Positions 26,665 to 36,209 of a DNA stretch of 40,024 bases are shown in pieces; positions within the stretch are counted from its first letter, which is position 1; every line of letters begins with the position of its first letter. The DNA is from Promethearchaeota archaeon (GTDB lineage: Archaea; Asgardarchaeota; Thorarchaeia; Thorarchaeales; Thorarchaeaceae). The notes below the pieces were generated by a model that searched no databases, had not been told where the DNA came from, and saw nothing but the letters and a program-made list of their open reading frames with translations. The stretch spans positions 19,235 to 59,258 of the forward strand of contig JBHLPF010000023.1 in the NCBI GenBank assembly GCA_048939765.1, in the 5' to 3' direction. Both the position numbers and the translations under genes were made by a program.

Positions 26665-29600
26665 ATGAATTCAAACCGAATACCGATCGGCCGCAGACCC
26701 ACAGTGAAACAATGCACAGCGGGTCAAAGAGAGTTGTTACGGATAGGACTACCGCTTATTGCTGTAATCCTCCTTTTGGTACCTATATGTTCATCGGACG
26801 TTGCTATGCAACTATATACTGATACGAACAATCGGGTTGATGGTCGATATGAACCAGCGTCCAATCTAATCAGAGTCAATCTTCCCTATTTTGTACCGTC
26901 AGTCGCGACTGGGAACACAACTTACGGGCGAGGAGTGGCGTGGATCTACAATGACACCCTCCGCTTCAAAGACCCCGTGAATTTGATCGATGCCTCGGTC
27001 AACATTGGACTGGGAGACCCCATGTTCTACACACTTACTGGGGCAGATGTGGATTCGGATGGGTATACAGAGTTCTTGTTCATGAAGTTCAACATGACGA
27101 ACATGAACCTGGTTGTTGTTGATTTTGATGGGGGAGGATCAGCAACGGAGTACAACTATGACGGCGTGCCGGATCCCCAAGGAATCGTTGTTGGGGACTT
27201 CAATGGCGACGCCTCAATCGACGTGGCGGTCTATGATAGAATCAGGGTCATGATGAAGGATCTGAATACCGATGCTTTCATGGGAGGGTTCACTGTCCCT
27301 AATACTGGTACGGATGAACTTGTAAAGACTGTAGTGGGCGACTTTGCACTCGATCCAGGGAGCGAGATTGCCGTTCTATATATCAGCGACGTTGGATCAG
27401 GAATGGAAAGGACGCATGTTCGAACCATAGCTGGAGATGGATCCGTGATAGATTTTGTCGATTCACTTCAAATGATTCGTGGTTTTGACATTGTTTCATT
27501 CCATCATGAGGGGAACTTCGATAATCTTGCAGTGACTATGTTTGAGCATCAACCTATGGAGAGTGTTCTGGTCGGATTCCATGGGAACCTGACACCAAGA
27601 TTCGAGCTTAGAGATGACAAGTACTATGGAGATTCCTACGTGAAGGCGGGCTACTTCAACATGGACTCGCAAGAGGATCTGGTGGTCGTCCCTGCACAGT
27701 ACTTCAGTATGCTCACAGTCAATGGTGCAGATGGAAAGCTCATGAGAACATCAGCGGAAGCATGCATCAGTATGTCTTCGAGAGCATTCGCGGTAGGCCT
27801 TCTCGATTCAGACTCACACTCTGACATCGCAATAGAGGGAGAGAGAGGGCAGTTTGCTTTGTATAGGGGCTCCAATGGTGAAACGGGCTATGAGGATCCA
27901 AGATTGCCTGCACCCTTTGAACAGATTCTTGCCTATGATATCAACGGAGATGGCAGAGATGACGTCGTGACCCTCTATGGACAAATCAATGTCCTTCTCA
28001 GTGATACAGACCCTCCACAGGTGACACTAGACCCACTTTATCCAACGCATCCAACTATCTATGACCCGTACTTGAAGGTGGAATTAACCGCTACAGACGA
28101 GATGTACGTGCAAGAAGCATTGGTCTACATTCGTCCCGTCGATCTCATGGTCCCAGGGTATCAAGTCAATGAGATGACAGAGGCTCAAAATGGGAAATAC
28201 ATCTTCTTCCAAACTGACCTGCAGCCAGGCACTTACGAATACTACATTGAAGTTGTGGACCCATATCTGAATACCTACTCATATGGCAATTCCACGAATC
28301 CGTATACAATGAATGTTGAAGGACATCTTGCATCCGGAGCACAATATAACGTTACATTTGATCAGGCACAGAGACATATCTTGGCTTTGGGGAATAGCTC
28401 TCTTGGTGAAGACCGCATCTACACTGTCGTTTCGGACTCCGAGCTGAGGAGCACGAGCCTGAGGGTCTTCGACACAGATTTCAATAAACTTGGAGAGTTC
28501 ACATTGACCGCAACTACTGGGACAGATGAGGCATTCGAAGTATACACTGGAATGTTCGACGGTGACAATGTACTGGACCCAATTCTCATCAGTAGCAACT
28601 ATACTCATACCAGAATATGGGCGTTTAACGGTGATACTTTCACGTCCTGGAGGAATGCGACCTTCAATCTCTATCCGGCATTATATGACCATGCGATGAT
28701 CATTGTAGACGATGATGGAGATGCTATTGATGAACTGGCATTTATCGGTCAAAACAGTACTGGCTTCTTCCTCATTAGAGCAGATGGCGGTTTCACTTCG
28801 TGGTCCGAGGCGATTCTGAAAGAAACTTCCGCAGTCGTGGATTATGTTTCAATCAACATGTTCGATACGAACCCTCAGCTTGCCATATTGAAATACAACA
28901 GCGAATATAACAACGAACTCGACTTCTATCATCTCAACAATGTGACATACCTAGAGACACTCAACTACACATCCCCAGGCTCAACCTTTTACGACGAACC
29001 ATTCAGTATTCAGGTTTACAAGAATTCTACACACTCAAGTGCGCAGCTGATGGTGGCCTATCGGAGTTGGCTTGTAGATGTGCCAACGAATTATGTCTGT
29101 CTAGTTGACGAGAATACCATCAGCGTAGGTGATTCACCAAGTTACACGTTTACAGGTCAACATATCAGAGTGACGCTTCCATACGACATTGATAATGACG
29201 GGGTCGATGAATTATCATATATTGATGACAGCGGAAACGCGACGCTCCATGAGCTTGCCTCCACAGCGGTCAAATTATGGTCGGTGTATGTTAGTGAGGC
29301 AGTACCAAGAAGTGGTATAGTGCTTGACTTCGATGGAGATGGCGAGATGGAGTTTGTCATCTCGACATCGGACGATTTCCTAACCGCAATCGGTTTTGAT
29401 GGCAGAATTGACTACAGAGCAAATGTAGGCACTGCTTTCAATATGGCTACCATTGGGGATATTGATGTTGGAACGGGAGAAGACATACTAGCATTCCCAA
29501 TTTTCAAGACTCGGAATAGTCTGGGAATAATTCGCAACATTGACTTACTCTATATGCTTGATGTCAGTTTCGAAATTGAAGCGAACATAACAATTCAGGG

Positions 29601-32600
29601 AAGCAGCCTATGGGCAAATGCCACAGTGCAGAATGTGTATGGCGAACCAGTGGATGATGCTTCAGCATCACTTGTGGCTTCATATCGATTTGGTGGTGGT
29701 AGTGCTGAGCAGACAATGGGAATGGTCTATGATGAGTCTACAGAACTGTACACCACAACCGTTGCTCCGAACTGGCCGATGGGGATGGTAAATCTGTCCC
29801 TCTCAGTCAGCCACGAGTACTACGTTGGTGTAGTCCAAGAGTTCGAGAATGCTTTGAGGGTCGAATCGCCCCTGAGCATATCACTCTTCACCGAGTCCGA
29901 AGTGATGCAGGGAGGAGATCTTGAGATTAACATAACTGTAACAGACAGCCTAGGTGCCAAGGTGACAGATGCAGATGTCAATGTCACGCTTGAGGGTGTA
30001 AACTATCCCGCATTTTATGTGGAAGGCTCTTATTTCACTTCGATTTCAGGGATTACACTGGCTCCAGGAAGTCACACCGTTTTTGCCTCAGCTGACCATG
30101 AATATGCAACCACTGGGACAAGTCATTCAAGACCCATATCGGTCTTGGCTGATACTCTGGAAATCCTTCGAAACTCCCCTGAACAAACACTGCAGGACCA
30201 GTTCTTCACGACATGGCTAAATATCACCGATTTATATGGAAACCCGATTGATGGTGCGACTGTTTCAGTAGACTTTGGGGTAATTGACTTCACGTTGGTA
30301 GAAATTCTACCGGGTAAATATCTGCTGGATAGCATTGCTGCAATGCCAGTTGGAAACTACACAGCAGACATCTTCATCCAGCATCCATTTGTTGAAGGAA
30401 GAGAGTTTGGCCAGTATCACATGGCGGTGACTGGGACCCTGGCGCCTGCTGTTGCTTATGAATCCGATGTCGAAGGAGGCCAGAACTTCACTGTTTCCAT
30501 CTTTGTTTATGACTCGTACGGTGTTAAACCCGAAGGAGCATGGGTTGAAGTTGAGCTCAATGGAAACAATCATACTGCCACGAATATTGAAGGAGCAGAA
30601 TTCAGAGTAGAATTGAATGCCTCATTAGGGATTGGTCAGCATAGCTTCATCGTGTATGTCGGAGCCACCTTTGGAGAGCCAAGGGCTGATGCTCACGATC
30701 TGTTTGTTTATTCAGCTGCATACAATGAGGTAGAATCATCGATGGGATGGGTATTGAGCCAAGGGGATTTGACATGGCTGACTGTCACCGTGATGGATTG
30801 GCGAGGAGTCCCAGTGGTTGATGCGACAGTAACGATGCTGAGTCCCAAGAGCGCCCTATTCACTCCAGGCGGCGATGGCACATATTGGGTCGATTTGGAC
30901 ACAACAGGCTATGCGCCTTCGAATTACTCATTGCTCATTCTAGTCGAGCATACCTACCTGTTCGCAAACGACATGTATCTTGATTTGACCGTTAACGGAC
31001 AAGCTGTTGTTGATGTCTATGTTCCAGATTCAGTGTTCAACCATCAAAATGCAACCTTTGAGTTCGGAGTGGTTGACATCTATGGAAACCCGTTGTATGA
31101 ATTTGACTACAACTTCGTCCTCGCTGGCGCCTATGCTAAATCAGGCACATCATATTACTATGAGGTTCTCTGGGACTTCCAGCCCGATATTTACCCGGGT
31201 TCCTATCCACTGAATATGACAATAACGGGTCCATTTCTATCATTGACTGAATATGTAGTCTGGGTAGATGTAATTGGAAACCCTCTATCGAGCGTACCCT
31301 CTCCCGTGAATCAGTCAATATACCTCCAAGGAGACCAGATAAACTTCACAGTCGTGCTGGACGATTTGGCAGGCTATTCCATCTCAGGGGCTTATGTGAC
31401 CGCTACAATCCGCGGGAGCATATACACTTTGACGGAAGGAGCTGCGGGGATCTATTCTAGAGATATACCGACTGCAGGGCTTCCTCTAGGGCAATACAAT
31501 GTGACAATCGGAATATCACAGGATTACCTATTGTCGCAGTCGCTCTCTATGGAATTGTACGTTAAGGGTTATGCCAGTGTAGACCTGTCTATCACACCTA
31601 GTCCAGTTTTGAACCAGTACAATGTGACATTTGATTTCACAATCACCGATACTTATGGAAACCCACTGACTGGCTTTGATTACTATCTTGACTTCGCTGG
31701 GGTCTATAACAAATCCGGGATTTCACTGACCCACAAGATTTCATGGGAAGTGGATCCAAGCTTCATACCAGGAAGCTATTGGCTCAACCTGACCGTCCAG
31801 AGTGCCCTGATTCTGAGGACTACTCACAATGTGAGCATAGGCGTGCAAGGAATTGTCGCAGCGCAGATAATAACACCATTGCCAAGTTCAACATTCGCCC
31901 AGGGAGACACCATCAACTTCAAGGTGGAGGTACGAGACAACGCGACTTCATACATTACGGGTGCCACGGTGACCCTCTACCTACATGGCACAACCTACCC
32001 ACTAACTGAAACGAGTATAGGCACCTATGGGATAAATGTCACGACTTCTGCCCTTCCACTAGGTGAATACAGTGCACAGATAACGGTTTCCGGAGCATTC
32101 ATGGAAACACAACAGCTAACTCGAAGTTTCGATATAATAGGAGACGCAATTGTTAGAGTGGACACTGACCCCTTAGTCATATTGAATTACGAGAATGCCA
32201 CATTTACAATTGCAGTAGAAGATCAGTACGGCAATCCAATAGGCGATTATGACTATATTCTCGACTTTGGGGGACAATATGACAAATCAGGAACCTCCGA
32301 CTACTTCAAGCTAATCTGGGACTTCATACCGCAATTGACTCCCAGTACCTATGTGCTCAATGTGACAATCTCTGGACCCCATATCCCCACGAGCTCGACT
32401 ACTCTACTCATAGATGTGAAGAGTCATACAAATGCCACTGTGCTATCACCAATTGCGGATACGACATTCGTACAAGGAACCGATTCCATAGTGTTCAGGA
32501 CGGACTTGAGAGACATGCTTGACAATGTGATGGATGGCGGTTCGGTTTCGGTTCTCATTCATGACTCATTCTTTGTTCTCACAGATCATGGCAACGGAAC

Positions 32601-34182
32601 CTACTCTAGAGTAGTATCAACTGCAGGCTGGGCCGCTGCTGATTACAACTATACTTTGATGCTCAGCCATCCTTACTTAGCTGAGGAATCCACAGTTAGA
32701 GGAACGGTAGAGATTCTAGCTGAACTGGAGATCAGTGTTAAATTCTTCCCAGAAGTGCCTCAGCAGGGAGAGTTGCTTAACATCACAATTGATGTGGCTG
32801 ATAAGTATGGCAATCCTGTTTCCGGCTTGGATATCACAGTTACATTCCAGAACATCCCAAAGCATCCTATAGAAGCAGAGCAGAGTGGCACCTACTTCGT
32901 AACCTATGTTGTGGCTTCACAAGGTTATGGTGACGAGCAGATTGTGATTGAAGCAGAGGGAGCCAAGTGCGTTTCATTTCTATCGCAGAGTCTCGCGACC
33001 GTCCCAGTCATTGTCGCAGTTCCTCAAATAGCACTGAGCGTTGAATCGTTTGGACCGCTATTTGCTATCTCGTTCTTAATCAGTTTCTTAGGACTGCTCA
33101 TCTACTTTAGAATATCATCAGGCCTATCAATAACAAGAGGGTCTCAAGAGAACCTCCTTAGAGGCTTGCGGAAACTAGACTATCTATACGGAGGAGTCGT
33201 GGCTCTTGCTGGTCTGACAATTTTCCATTCTTATGTATTAGCAGGGGCAGGAGAGTATGGCCTGGCTGTCGCTGAGAGCATATTGGTACTAGGAATCTCA
33301 CTGATACTATACGGGATATGGCTGTATCGAGATGCGTCCTCTTCGATTCTGGCTACTCAGAACATAAGCAGAAGAAGGATGATACTTGGGCTCTGGCATT
33401 TGATTTTCGTGCCAATCGTCATCGCACAGATATTCGACTGGGGGCGAAACATAGAGTGGCTGAAATTCTATGTATTGGATAATGTGTTTCACTTGGGCGA
33501 ACTCCAGGTACCAACCATAATGATGACAATATTCGCGGCGTACATCTCCTCAATTGTCATTGTTGTGGTGAATCTATATAGAGAAATCAGCAAAGGACTC
33601 ACGCGTTTGCACGAGATGGCTGTCCTGGGTACGCCGCCAATAGTCGTAGAGCAAGAATGTGTGGACCTCGTTGAGAATCTGAGTTCGTCAATCCGTATGA
33701 AATTCTTCATGTTCCTGGTCGTCTTAGCTGGAACCACGGTTCTCACCATGGACTTCCTCAGAAGCTATTCCCTGGGCGTCATTGTCCTTCTGCCCGTGGT
33801 GTTCCTTCTTGTTATCCCATATGCATCCTCAAAGGCGGCCAGAGGTCTATCAAGAGCATCAGGAGCAATGCGAAGTAGGAGAGTAGAAAAATCCCTCTCC
33901 GAGATTGCAGACGAAAGGACTGATATTTCAGCTTCAATGGATGTTGAAGAATACGAAATCCCTGAAGTAGATGAAGACATCACTACTGAGGAGGAAATAG
34001 CTGACGAACCTTCAGTCAAGCCTAAGACGCGCCTGACTAAGGCGGAGATCATTGAGAAGCTTCCTGATGAGCTTAAAGAGATAATGGGAATGGAAGAGCT
34101 CGAGAAGCTTACCAAGGCCCAGCTTGAAGACCTGCTACCACCAGGAGAAGAGGATACAGAATCAACCGAATCGGGAGAGTAG
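26665..34182 (+). CDS. Giant cell-surface glycoprotein: 2 FG-GAP beta-propellers, ~12 Ig-like repeats, 7-TM domain and acidic cytoplasmic tail
   Basis: Signal-like LLRIGLPLIAVILLLVPIC; many D-x-D/N-x-D-G loops; repeated D-x-YGNP motifs; many NxS/T sequons; seven hydrophobic segments near the C-terminus. Start is uncertain (26575-26704). Confidence 0.9.
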   Translation: MNSNRIPIGRRPTVKQCTAGQRELLRIGLPLIAVILLLVPICSSDVAMQLYTDTNNRVDGRYEPASNLIRVNLPYFVPSVATGNTTYGRGVAWIYNDTLRFKDPVNLIDASVNIGLGDPMFYTLTGADVDSDGYTEFLFMKFNMTNMNLVVVDFDGGGSATEYNYDGVPDPQGIVVGDFNGDASIDVAVYDRIRVMMKDLNTDAFMGGFTVPNTGTDELVKTVVGDFALDPGSEIAVLYISDVGSGMERTHVRTIAGDGSVIDFVDSLQMIRGFDIVSFHHEGNFDNLAVTMFEHQPMESVLVGFHGNLTPRFELRDDKYYGDSYVKAGYFNMDSQEDLVVVPAQYFSMLTVNGADGKLMRTSAEACISMSSRAFAVGLLDSDSHSDIAIEGERGQFALYRGSNGETGYEDPRLPAPFEQILAYDINGDGRDDVVTLYGQINVLLSDTDPPQVTLDPLYPTHPTIYDPYLKVELTATDEMYVQEALVYIRPVDLMVPGYQVNEMTEAQNGKYIFFQTDLQPGTYEYYIEVVDPYLNTYSYGNSTNPYTMNVEGHLASGAQYNVTFDQAQRHILALGNSSLGEDRIYTVVSDSELRSTSLRVFDTDFNKLGEFTLTATTGTDEAFEVYTGMFDGDNVLDPILISSNYTHTRIWAFNGDTFTSWRNATFNLYPALYDHAMIIVDDDGDAIDELAFIGQNSTGFFLIRADGGFTSWSEAILKETSAVVDYVSINMFDTNPQLAILKYNSEYNNELDFYHLNNVTYLETLNYTSPGSTFYDEPFSIQVYKNSTHSSAQLMVAYRSWLVDVPTNYVCLVDENTISVGDSPSYTFTGQHIRVTLPYDIDNDGVDELSYIDDSGNATLHELASTAVKLWSVYVSEAVPRSGIVLDFDGDGEMEFVISTSDDFLTAIGFDGRIDYRANVGTAFNMATIGDIDVGTGEDILAFPIFKTRNSLGIIRNIDLLYMLDVSFEIEANITIQGSSLWANATVQNVYGEPVDDASASLVASYRFGGGSAEQTMGMVYDESTELYTTTVAPNWPMGMVNLSLSVSHEYYVGVVQEFENALRVESPLSISLFTESEVMQGGDLEINITVTDSLGAKVTDADVNVTLEGVNYPAFYVEGSYFTSISGITLAPGSHTVFASADHEYATTGTSHSRPISVLADTLEILRNSPEQTLQDQFFTTWLNITDLYGNPIDGATVSVDFGVIDFTLVEILPGKYLLDSIAAMPVGNYTADIFIQHPFVEGREFGQYHMAVTGTLAPAVAYESDVEGGQNFTVSIFVYDSYGVKPEGAWVEVELNGNNHTATNIEGAEFRVELNASLGIGQHSFIVYVGATFGEPRADAHDLFVYSAAYNEVESSMGWVLSQGDLTWLTVTVMDWRGVPVVDATVTMLSPKSALFTPGGDGTYWVDLDTTGYAPSNYSLLILVEHTYLFANDMYLDLTVNGQAVVDVYVPDSVFNHQNATFEFGVVDIYGNPLYEFDYNFVLAGAYAKSGTSYYYEVLWDFQPDIYPGSYPLNMTITGPFLSLTEYVVWVDVIGNPLSSVPSPVNQSIYLQGDQINFTVVLDDLAGYSISGAYVTATIRGSIYTLTEGAAGIYSRDIPTAGLPLGQYNVTIGISQDYLLSQSLSMELYVKGYASVDLSITPSPVLNQYNVTFDFTITDTYGNPLTGFDYYLDFAGVYNKSGISLTHKISWEVDPSFIPGSYWLNLTVQSALILRTTHNVSIGVQGIVAAQIITPLPSSTFAQGDTINFKVEVRDNATSYITGATVTLYLHGTTYPLTETSIGTYGINVTTSALPLGEYSAQITVSGAFMETQQLTRSFDIIGDAIVRVDTDPLVILNYENATFTIAVEDQYGNPIGDYDYILDFGGQYDKSGTSDYFKLIWDFIPQLTPSTYVLNVTISGPHIPTSSTTLLIDVKSHTNATVLSPIADTTFVQGTDSIVFRTDLRDMLDNVMDGGSVSVLIHDSFFVLTDHGNGTYSRVVSTAGWAAADYNYTLMLSHPYLAEESTVRGTVEILAELEISVKFFPEVPQQGELLNITIDVADKYGNPVSGLDITVTFQNIPKHPIEAEQSGTYFVTYVVASQGYGDEQIVIEAEGAKCVSFLSQSLATVPVIVAVPQIALSVESFGPLFAISFLISFLGLLIYFRISSGLSITRGSQENLLRGLRKLDYLYGGVVALAGLTIFHSYVLAGAGEYGLAVAESILVLGISLILYGIWLYRDASSSILATQNISRRRMILGLWHLIFVPIVIAQIFDWGRNIEWLKFYVLDNVFHLGELQVPTIMMTIFAAYISSIVIVVVNLYREISKGLTRLHEMAVLGTPPIVVEQECVDLVENLSSSIRMKFFMFLVVLAGTTVLTMDFLRSYSLGVIVLLPVVFLLVIPYASSKAARGLSRASGAMRSRRVEKSLSEIADERTDISASMDVEEYEIPEVDEDITTEEEIADEPSVKPKTRLTKAEIIEKLPDELKEIMGMEELEKLTKAQLEDLLPPGEEDTESTESGE

Positions 34183-35046
34183 TCACTCCAAGTCCTCAAG
34201 TGAAGGATTGCCTTCGATGAACTCGCAGGCCAGACCCAAATTCAAGAAATAATCGACCAGCGCGATACACGCGAATTTCTCGGTCGAGTAGTGGGTGGCT
34301 CCTATCACATTGATTTCGTTCTCTTTACAGACGTCATGGAATATAATCGATGGTTCATAGGACTCCACCATTCTTGTAATTCCTGTAACATACAAATTCA
34401 GTCCGGCCTCTGCGATTTCACTCGCAATGTCCGGTTCCCCCCCACCACCTGCGACTAGCGCAACTTGTGAATCCTTTATCTCCTCAGACCCATAACGCCA
34501 TACCTTCACCCTGTGACCGACCGCGGTCTTGACTACTTCTGCAAGCTCTGAAACAGTGAGCCTATCTGTCTTGCCCATAACTCCAACTTCAGATCCGAAG
34601 TACTCGAAGAAATATCGTTCTGGATTAATCCCCAAGGCCTTGGCTAGTGAAACAGTTGTGCTATACGGACCATTCCTATCCAGAGGGACATGGATGGCAT
34701 AATACGAGATTCTCTGTTCTTTGAGTTCACTTAGAAAATCATGTCGGATATTTCTCCAAGGACGCCCATCGACATTAATATCCCAAATCATTGGATGATG
34801 AGTGAATAGGAGAATATCCTCTTCACCCGAATCAAGTAGACGACGGACAATCTCGTCGCTTGGAAAGACTGCAGTATAGACCTTATTGATTGATTTCGCG
34901 TTATCCAAGGCCAAGCCCTTGTACGTCTTCTTGAAGCTCTCAGTGGCGTAGTCTCCAAGGTCAAAGCCCCAAGTACCTTCGTTGCACTTGTCCAGCTCAA
35001 AGTCCTCATTCAGTTTCTGATATAGACTGCGAGAATCCATAGACAT
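34183..35046 (-). CDS. Nif3-like dinuclear metal-centre protein
   Basis: FTHHP, HVPLD, VALVAGGG, YVTG and THYSTEKFA. Confidence 0.88.
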   Translation of the reverse strand: MSMDSRSLYQKLNEDFELDKCNEGTWGFDLGDYATESFKKTYKGLALDNAKSINKVYTAVFPSDEIVRRLLDSGEEDILLFTHHPMIWDINVDGRPWRNIRHDFLSELKEQRISYYAIHVPLDRNGPYSTTVSLAKALGINPERYFFEYFGSEVGVMGKTDRLTVSELAEVVKTAVGHRVKVWRYGSEEIKDSQVALVAGGGGEPDIASEIAEAGLNLYVTGITRMVESYEPSIIFHDVCKENEINVIGATHYSTEKFACIALVDYFLNLGLACEFIEGNPSLEDLE

Positions 35047-35192
35047 CTCAACCCGCGGCAATAGCCTATTTCACACGTTTGGGAAACTTACTGAAATCAC
35101 TATCGCCTCAACCGCTCTAACGCTCATCGGGCTATTTGAGTCGATGCCCAGTTATGAGAATGCTCTTGTGACGCTCTCAGAAATAATGGGCT

Positions 35193-35945
35193 CTAGGTGA
35201 ATAGTATCTTCAGAAGAGGTAGTGTTGCCAGCACAATAACCACAATGCTGAACAGCAACTCCAACCATTTTGGTTTCGTTTTGATGGAGACTTTGCTTCC
35301 AAGTAGTGCGCCAATGCCAGAACCAACCATTACTGTGATGCCTTGGAGTAGAAGGAGATGTTCCTGGCTCCAGTATAGTAATATTCCTACTAACGATGTG
35401 AAGATTGCAGCGAATAATGCCGTGGCGATTGCCTTATGCATTTCAACATTGAAGGTCTTCAAGATTGGCACAAAGAGAGATCCTTCACTTCCTCCTCTCA
35501 TGCCTGTCAATGTGTTGCTAAAGAACGAGCCGAACGATAAAACAGTGAATGACGGCCTGAGATGCTGGGATACATTTGGGGAAATATGATTCAAGTTCAA
35601 CCCTATGATGGAAACGAGTGAAGCCAGAACGAAGACAGCTGCTAGTATGAGTTGTGAAGCAGCTATGGAGAACGCTATAAGAGTGCCTAGGACCGTACCA
35701 ATTGACCCTCCAAGAATCATGTAGAACCCAAGCCTGAGGTCTATGTTTTGTTTTTGGGAATTGGCACCGACCAGACTTGAAACTGGGATTGACAACAGAT
35801 TCATCCCGAATGCTGAAATCAAGGCAAACCCCATCATATTCAGTAGCGGTATTCTGATTGCTCCACCGCCTATTCCTAAAAGCCCACTTGCAACTCCTGC
35901 AACAAAACCAATGATTCCTACTGACTCCAGCAATAGTATGTCCAA
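35193..35945 (-). CDS. Sulfite exporter TauE/SafE family protein
   Basis: SGLLGIGGGAIRIP, repeated as GMRGGSEGSLFVP, and KAIATAL; about 8 TM. Confidence 0.9.
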   Translation of the reverse strand: MDILLLESVGIIGFVAGVASGLLGIGGGAIRIPLLNMMGFALISAFGMNLLSIPVSSLVGANSQKQNIDLRLGFYMILGGSIGTVLGTLIAFSIAASQLILAAVFVLASLVSIIGLNLNHISPNVSQHLRPSFTVLSFGSFFSNTLTGMRGGSEGSLFVPILKTFNVEMHKAIATALFAAIFTSLVGILLYWSQEHLLLLQGITVMVGSGIGALLGSKVSIKTKPKWLELLFSIVVIVLATLPLLKILFT

Positions 35946-36209
35946 ATCTCGATTCCTCTATCACAACTTATGCATGAAAAATGAATTTCAAGTACGACCT
36001 GAACGTGTTGCTGTTTAAGCATTAGGATATGGCAAAGAGAATTCATGGAGATGGAAGGATTCCATGAGCTTGTCCAGTTACAACTCGGAGAGATTCCACA
36101 GACTGACAAGGATGACATCTATCTCACAAGAGCAGTCGATGCCTATTTATGAGGGTCTTTTCCAGCGAGGTATCGCTTTAGACAAATTACCCTTCAGTCA
36201 TTCTGACTG

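Noticed and set aside
36045-36152. 35-aa plus-strand ORF (MEMEGFHELV...) with a short TCATGGA/TCCATGA inverted repeat
   Set aside because: No RBS or motif; lies in a divergent promoter region, so support is insufficient.
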